Source: Tubiluchus corallicola
Taxonomy: Eukaryota; Animalia; Priapulida
Direction of reading: 5' to 3'
Assembly: GCA_030141605.1 (NCBI GenBank)
Contig: JAQGDQ010000094.1
Location: 310,001 to 374,000 of the forward strand
DNA: 64,000 nt
Both the position numbers and the translations under genes were made by a program. The notes below the pieces were generated by a model, which did not search any database, was not told where the DNA came from, and was given only the letters and a program-made list of their open reading frames with translations. Each line of letters opens with the position of its first letter. Position 1 is the stretch's first letter. This document shows positions 57,301-64,000 of this stretch, one piece after another.

Positions 57301-60300
57301 GTGGCATCGTGTTTTGACTAAATTAAAACATTTACGTCTTGCTAGAAATGTGAGCCACCTAAATTGTACGAATCGCAATTTAAATCAAATAGCCAAAATT
57401 TGTAGTTACGTCACTTTTGCATGGTAGTTCTGTTGGTGTGAGTACTGAAGTCTAACTATTAACTGAACATTGACAAGTTTTGGTATTTCTACTGTGAATG
57501 GCTATACTGCTCTATATGTACCATTTTAAAAGCTATAATTACAGGTATATTTGATAATGATCTAGTGGATTGAAGTATCATGTGTTTGAATAAAATAATT
57601 TTGAATAACTGTGTAGATGCCTGCATTTATGCAAGGTTTACAATTCCAACAAAATAAATCAATAATGTCCAGACTATGTGAAATTATTCAAATTCAACAT
57701 AACATACTTGCAACTCTCCCATTTGATGACTAGTAATTTCTTCTAACATGAACATCAAGGTAAATTCTCACTTGAATATAACACTAACCATAAGCAAAGT
57801 AAATACACTACCAATCATCCACTTATCACATTTGAGAAAACATAAACAATACTCACAGTTTTGTTGTTAATTATCAAGAGTGCCTGTGACTTGGCCTTAT
57901 CATTAATTACGATAAATGCACCAAGATTAAACTGCATCTCAGCTGCGTCACTTGCAGACTATGTTTGTTAACGGTGTGACTTCAAGAGTCACGTGACACT
58001 AAAATTGGTAGCTATGGTTACAAAGGAAAAATAAGCTTGCCAGGCAGATCTACACTGAAGTGAGGTTAACAGGTACCTGTTTCGTGCAATCGCCATGCTC
58101 TTAGCCTTTCGTCGTTCAAACTTTCTTTCATCGTCGCTGTCATCCGAGCAGCTAGTGGATGAACTAGCATTCAATGCATGGCGCTTCCTAGAGATAAAAT
58201 AACAATCATATAAGCAAAGTTTTGCCAAAATTTAGTCTCTCCTGATTTTGCATACTTATGTTCAGTGACGCTCCACTGGCACAACAGTTGTATAACTTTC
58301 CATAAGATTTTGCATCATTCATCACAGCCGATTGTCAAGAAAGATGCAGTGAGCTCTGTTAACAAATTCAAACAGCGAGCAAAGATGAAAGGCAAATGAA
58401 AGACACACAACAAATTAAATGACTGCAAGATTTCAATCTGATCATGAAAAGCTGTATTTCCACTCTTGTTCTAATGGGCAAGAAATAGGTAGCAAAAGTA
58501 TACTGTTTCACTTTGATTGTCCAATCAGTAAGAATAAAATCAATTGACTTTTATAATGCTCATGTCTACATACATGTATGCATATATGATCAAAAGAGCA
58601 AAACACAAAATACATTAAAATTACACCAGAAAATGACAATCGACTAGCACTAAGTATGACATGAATAACTGATAAGAAGGCATGTGTAAAAGTAATGATC
58701 AAAATGCAAAAAAGCATATGTCCAAGTTAATGAATCAAGATCAATATCTAATAAGATGATTATTAATCATGCTCGATTGCCAAGTCTGTCATCATTGGAT
58801 TCCCATTTACAGTTTAAAGGAGTTTGGACACTTAGCCACAGCAATTTTGTGAGAATTTCTCATCTCATCCCAATAAAATGACTTAGCGATAAATGAAAAT
58901 ATCATTTTCCAGGACCCAGAGCCTTAAAAATACGTAGTAGTATATGTCAGGCCTCTTTATCAGCAAACAGACTGCTTACTGATTGATGTAAAATGCTCTT
59001 CTACATGGAAACAGTCAGCTGTCAAAGAAGATTGCAACATTTTCTAGTTGTGTTATACTGATTATCAACAAAGTGTTGCATAACTTCTCATGAAAGCTAA
59101 TTGCCAATTTAGGAACTATAATATGGTAGACCATTTTGAAACTGTTGCATCAAAAATGACAACTTACCTATGATGTCTATGAGAGCTCTTACGTGCAGGT
59201 GAGTTGTAGGATAAAGTTTTTCTGCTAAGCGGAGGTGGTGAATCATGGCGTTTTTTCCGCCCTAAAAATTCATCACATGAAAGTTGCAGCAAAAAAAATA
59301 AGTTACAAAACTACGCCATTGTTATATTATTATTTGGGGCTAGCAGCGCAAAGCAAGCCATACAATGTCATATCATGCAAAAAAATCCTGGTACAACTAT
59401 GATAAAAAATGCACAAAACGTTCAACAAAATGAACTACTCAGTTATCTAGGCTACAGATATAACATGTCTTACTAAAATAATATCAAAAACAGTACACTG
59501 TTGCTACTTTAACAGTGCCTGTAACAACCAAAAGCAGTAACCTTTTCTTACTTTCTGTGGCTACGCGACTACGTTGTGCAGAAATAAGCTTTACCGTTTT
59601 TTTTATTATTTTGTATGCATTTGACCCCAAACTAAGTTACAAAATGGTATATAACATGTGTTCAGAATACACATAAACATCCCTTATAAACAATCATCCA
59701 AAAATGATTACTTTTGGTTGTAATTGTCTTTTTGCTTTTAGTCTTCAATTTTAATGTCTTTGAATATTACAAAACTCTAATAATCTATTCCCAAATACTT
59801 ATCTATTTGCTGAAAAATTAAGTTCAAGGTTAAGATTGCCACTCTCATGATACACAAGATTTAAGATTTCCAAATTAAAATTAAATAGAAATGTGAAAGC
59901 CTACTGTATGTTTCAGATAATGGAACTTGAAAGAAATTAGTCACTGGTTTCTTCTCTCGCAAAAAATATGGATTTCTGCCTCGTTTGGATGCACTCACAG
60001 TTACTTCCTCATTGTCGTCATCATCAACATCCTCTTCATTGTCATCATCATCTTCATCGCCTCCGTCAGCTTCTTCCTCAGAAGTATCGTTGCTGTCATA
60101 CTCTAATGCAGATGCTACAAAAACAATGTTTAAATAAACTTAAGTACATTTAATTTAACAAGTTGGAGCAGTAAAGAACATGAAAAAGTGACATTACCCT
60201 TGAAAAGCACGTAAGAAAGCAAGATGAACTTTGACACAGGAAAATATTGCTAGACTATAATTTTCAAAGTGGCATAAATAGAATATAAACACTTATAAAA

Positions 60301-63300
60301 AATAGGAAAGATTATTCATAAAATAACAATAAATTTGAGTTGGCATCCGCAAATGTGAACAGCAATATAAAATGACTAAGAAAATATTATGTATCACAAT
60401 AGATCACAAGACCTGCCATCAGTGCCAGTTGTTTTTCGCTAAACTAGTATTTTTTAACCAAATAATGTTGAAAATCAAAATATCAATAATTTTATACTTC
60501 TTAACAAATGAGTGGCAGATCCACGGCACGTACTTTGTCCATTTTTTTACCTGTAATTTAACGATGTTGATACAGGCACAAGGTGTGAAAGACAGACTGC
60601 TCATGACCAAAATAACATGAATACAATCGGCCTTTCAAACTTCGAACTTGCATCATGCTTTCCAGCATTTACAGTACCTTCATGTCAAGAAAATCTCAAA
60701 CTAAAATACTGCAAAATGTCTTTGCCTTGCACAGCAATATATATTTTAAAGTGAAGCAGATAGAACTATGCAAGTTACAATATCACAATGATATTACAAA
60801 CATTGTACAAACATCGAAATTATAAAGTTGGTTAGAAGCTACCAAATTTACTGTTTTATTACATAATTATTTAAATAGTGTAGGTTACACATGCACATAT
60901 CAGCTGAAAAACTGAACATGAGTGTGCAGAATGTTTTGTTTCACCAAATAAAGTATATTATGCCACAGTGGTCAGGACATCTGTAGCAAATGGATTTTTA
61001 TCAAGATTATATTTACACAACTGATTTTTTTCTGAGATTCTGAGTCTTAATAATGTGAAAAAGAGACGGCTCTTATTGATAACAACAAGACACCTCTTTG
61101 TTGTTTATGCTTCGATGCAGACTGGTATCTTCGTCAAAGTGCTCTGATGATGTTGTCCGACTGTATCTAAATGCAAGCAATAAAGAGCTACAATGTTGTT
61201 ATCAATAATAGCTGTTGTTTTGACTGTATTACTAATATTGTATTTAGATTACTTGTAGAACTAGTCTTACCACTGATAACAAACAATAGTTTACAAATCG
61301 AGTTGAGAGAATAAACAAATTCTGTTTGAGATTCACAAAGATAAGTCGTACCTCGCATCAGTGCTTCTTCTGTAATTGGTACACCATACATGTCACGAGC
61401 CACCCTCTTCCTCGGTCTCTTCACTCTTGAATACATGTCCTGCTCTACGTCCTAAAATATTCATTCGCTTTTTTAACTTTATTGGATAACAGGCAAAAAC
61501 TAAATAGACACAGGGTACTATTTAACATGAACATTATATAATAGTTTATTATCAGCAATAGAATTTCTGTTTAAAAACAAAATAAATGCATATTTTAAAG
61601 ACAAGAACTCTAGACCTTTGCATTAAAAAGTCACATTCCAAGACTAACCAATTATAACCTAATCACATCGGAATGACATTTACAGTCAAAGAAAATTCTC
61701 AACAACGAAACATGCACAGTTTAAGAGCATAAAGGAATAACTATAAGAAATGTTATCCGCACCTCTATTCCACAGTAGCGTTGAAGCTCCTGTACTTCAT
61801 GTTCTAAACCTCGACAAGGATGATGCGGCACATTGTCTGGAACACTTTCCAGAGCTTCCCGTGCTCGAATGCTAGGCTTCCTCAATCGCTGTGGGCGATC
61901 AGTGCCATCCTCATCTGCAGGAAGCTCACCATTCATTTCAAGATGATCTCCTAGATGTCACAAAAACTTAAAATGTGTTACTGAATACTAATTCATTTTT
62001 ATACAATTTGACCTAGTATAAACATGAGTCCAGCATTCAACATCAGAGCCTGCCTAATGTTGACACAGTGGCAGGATTGGAACCTGGTTCAGTTGCAAGA
62101 GCAACACTCTGAGATAGGCACTAAACCAGCAAATGTGTCTCAGACATGTTCAAATATGTATAACAACCAGTATCATATCCGAAATGAAAGCACTGAGAGT
62201 GAGTATTGAACTGAGGCAAGCCATTCAAGCATTCACTGACCAACATCAGCATGCTTAGCTTTGGTGTTTAAGCACAAAAAATATGAATATTCCGAACATG
62301 ATCAGGTCAGTAGAGAACTATTTTGGGCAAGCCAGGGCGAATATGTAATACCAGGCTTCTCGAACAATGACCTCATGTGTTACAAAATGCTGAATAACTT
62401 AACACGCATATCAGTTACAGAATTACTTTTATTCTCAGTTTTATTAAAATTGTAAGAAGCCACTAAATACTACATGTTTATTTGCTATTATTGCATTTAT
62501 AATTATGAAAATGTGAATAAATGGCATGCACTCATATCTCGGTTTGCTGGATCGGCAAATTCGGACCGACATCTCCTCGCTTTTGTCAGGCAAACCAAGA
62601 TCTGAATGTACACACAACCACAACCACCCACACGCACGAACGCACTCACACACACACCCTCACACACTCACTCATGCGCACGCACGCATACACACACACA
62701 CAAGTGTGCATGTGACCACTCAGCTGTTCACCCTGCTTTACGACAACAACATATTATTAGCTTTTAAAAAGAGTAGAAAGTAGTTTTACAGAACTTCCTC
62801 CTCTCACACATCAAGTGTAACCTAGATGCAACTTTATCAGCTGGAGGTAAGAAAATCCATAGGCTGTGTGAACAAAATCTGAACTACATTTTAAACACAT
62901 TTTGTGTTCTTAAGTTTAGCAGTTAGGTAGGTGTTAGGATAAATTTTCTATAATTGCAGGTAAACCAACTTAAAAATTTCATCAATTGTTTCACATCAAC
63001 CAAAAAAGGTGAGCAGACGAAATTCCCATCCATATTATACTTATGCGCACACCTACTTAACAACTCACATGAATCATACTCAGTAATCTAACAAAAAGAA
63101 ATATAAACATTACCTAGTATTACATCCCGCTCGCGCTTCGCCGGTCGTTCGACGTCCTGATCCATACCCAATGACATAAGATGTTTGTCAATTGTGGACA
63201 TATTGAGAGTATCATACAACAAACGACGGGTTCTGCTGCTCCTCCGACAATAGGCACCTCCATTTATTAGTTCATATTCATGCAAGTTTTCTCTGTTTGA

Positions 63301-63319
63301 TGCGCGCATCTTAGAGCTC
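42355..63319 (-). CDS. ATAD2: ATPase family AAA domain-containing protein 2 (ATAD2/ATAD2B/Yta7 family; two AAA domains and a bromodomain); first exon(s) probably outside the window
   Basis: Exons in transcript order: 63319-63114, 61950-61763, 61451-61352, 60114-59905, 59261-59168, 58187-58077, 55319-55205, 55085-54944, 54591-54443, 54221-53973, 53579-53489, 51220-51066, 49802-49640, 49088-48974, 48771-48597, 48114-47932, 47223-47088, 46824-46628, 46419-46260, 45699-45577, 44537-43854, 43648-43530, 42845-42717, 42402-42355(TAG). Motifs LADIDPM, FDSVGGL, Walker [27 protein letters not shown], Walker [46 protein letters not shown]; bromodomain [24 protein letters not shown]. Confidence 0.96.
45810..46108 (+). 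mobile_element. SINE-like element with (AAAT)n tail; a diverged relative lies on the minus strand at ~38150-38310
   Basis: Shared blocks GAGGA..AAAAT.CC..TGCCAG..ATCTTA.AG..CCTTGAT..GG.TCCAGT..TGCCACAA between 45925-46020 and the reverse complement of 38175-38272; simple-repeat tail at 46084-46108. Confidence 0.55.
47640..47688. repeat. (GT)n/(GCGT)n microsatellite
   Basis: Directly visible. Confidence 0.9.
52008..52110 (+). mobile_element. Tc1/mariner-pogo (Tigger-like) MITE terminus; a similar end occurs at ~40869-40945
   Basis: TA followed by CAGTCAAACCTC..., the typical pogo/Tigger TIR start; no clear partner end found. Confidence 0.45.
52256..52900 (-). mobile_element. Ty3/Gypsy LTR-retrotransposon 3' remnant: integrase C-terminus, polypurine tract and a short 3' LTR
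   Basis: [44 protein letters not shown] resembles the Gypsy integrase C-terminal module. After the stop, GGGAGGAA (PPT) directly precedes TGTAATGTA (52426); the segment ends TACATAACA (52256), giving TG..CA ends with a 9-bp imperfect inverted repeat. Confidence 0.8.
56628..56889 (+). repeat. Inverted duplicate of ATAD2 58133-58381 (intron 3' end, acceptor and first ~54 nt of the exon)
   Basis: Reverse-complement match with about 7-8 substitutions by eye and one short insertion near 56638-56650; also visible as near-identical ORFs 56793-57032(+) and 57989-58228(-). Confidence 0.95.
62608..62702. repeat. Imperfect (CA)n microsatellite
   Basis: Directly visible. Confidence 0.85.
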
Positions 63320-64000
63320 CTAAAAGACATGGCTGAATTATTAATACTATTAGCAGTCACGTAACAAATGACTATAGGCTATTTTTCACTAAAAACAACT
63401 CTAACATTTACTATCAATGCACAGTTAATTAACTACATGCAGCACAAAAACAAATAAATCATTGGCAACTTACTTAACTAGTAGCAGAAAACACCTAATC
63501 ATCCACCTATTATTGTACACACTGAATTAAAAAAAATCCTATAATTAAAAAACAAGGAAAAGAAAAGAGACCGCCAATGCAGTTCATCTTCGTGACAAAG
63601 AAAAATCACATGGAATCATTAAACTAAAAATTGCTTTTTTAGTAAATAAACCACGCTTGTTGAAGTAGAATTTGGCATATTTTGGTTTAAACTTATTCAA
63701 CATTTCGCTACCTACTCTTCGAAGTTCAAAAAGACTTGATTCAAAAATCGATGACGCCAAATTCAACTGAAATTACTTGGCCTCAATTTCTTCGAATATG
63801 GCAGCATCAACTTTTAAATCTAGATTGTGCATATTGTAATTCTGACTATATATTCTTGAAAAGGATGTAATGTCAAAATATTGAACAAATTTAAATCAGA
63901 TTTTGCAACAACAACACTGATTATTTATTTATTTATTTAGATGGTATAATTCCAAATAAAGATTGCAGAAGCATTCCAACTAGTTAAAGTGTTGTTTTTA

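Noticed and set aside
63584-63830. Short minus-strand ORF as an upstream ATAD2 exon
   Set aside because: No recognisable ATAD2 similarity and no convincing in-phase splice pair.

Overview
AT-rich, intron-containing eukaryotic DNA from an invertebrate animal (possibly a lophotrochozoan; inferred from gene and repeat content only). Five protein-coding loci are readable. (1) The 3' six exons of a RIM/Piccolo/Fife-family C2-domain active-zone gene (+, 399-5804). (2) An intronless BTB-BACK gene with an apparent C-terminal MATH domain (-, 14649-15989). (3) A single-coding-exon TRIM E3 ligase with RING, two B-boxes, coiled coil and a truncated NHL region (-, 18765-20381). (4) A complete ANAPC4 (+, 32938-37987). 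(5) A 5'-incomplete ATAD2 AAA-ATPase/bromodomain gene (-, 42355-63319). Between them lie decayed and nested LINEs, a Gypsy 3' remnant with its LTR, SINE heads, MITEs, long microsatellites and a 479-N assembly gap. The most notable non-standard structure is a young ~250-bp inverted copy of an ATAD2 3' splice site plus half of a frame-preserving exon, placed in the next intron, where it could fold back and mask that exon. Also notable: an upstream pseudo-copy of the TRIM start exon, multivalent LC8-type motifs in the TRIM, and a minisatellite formed from a branch-point/polypyrimidine tract. I found no evidence for a prokaryote-style novel system. Exon boundaries were read by eye from GT/AG sites and phase compatibility.
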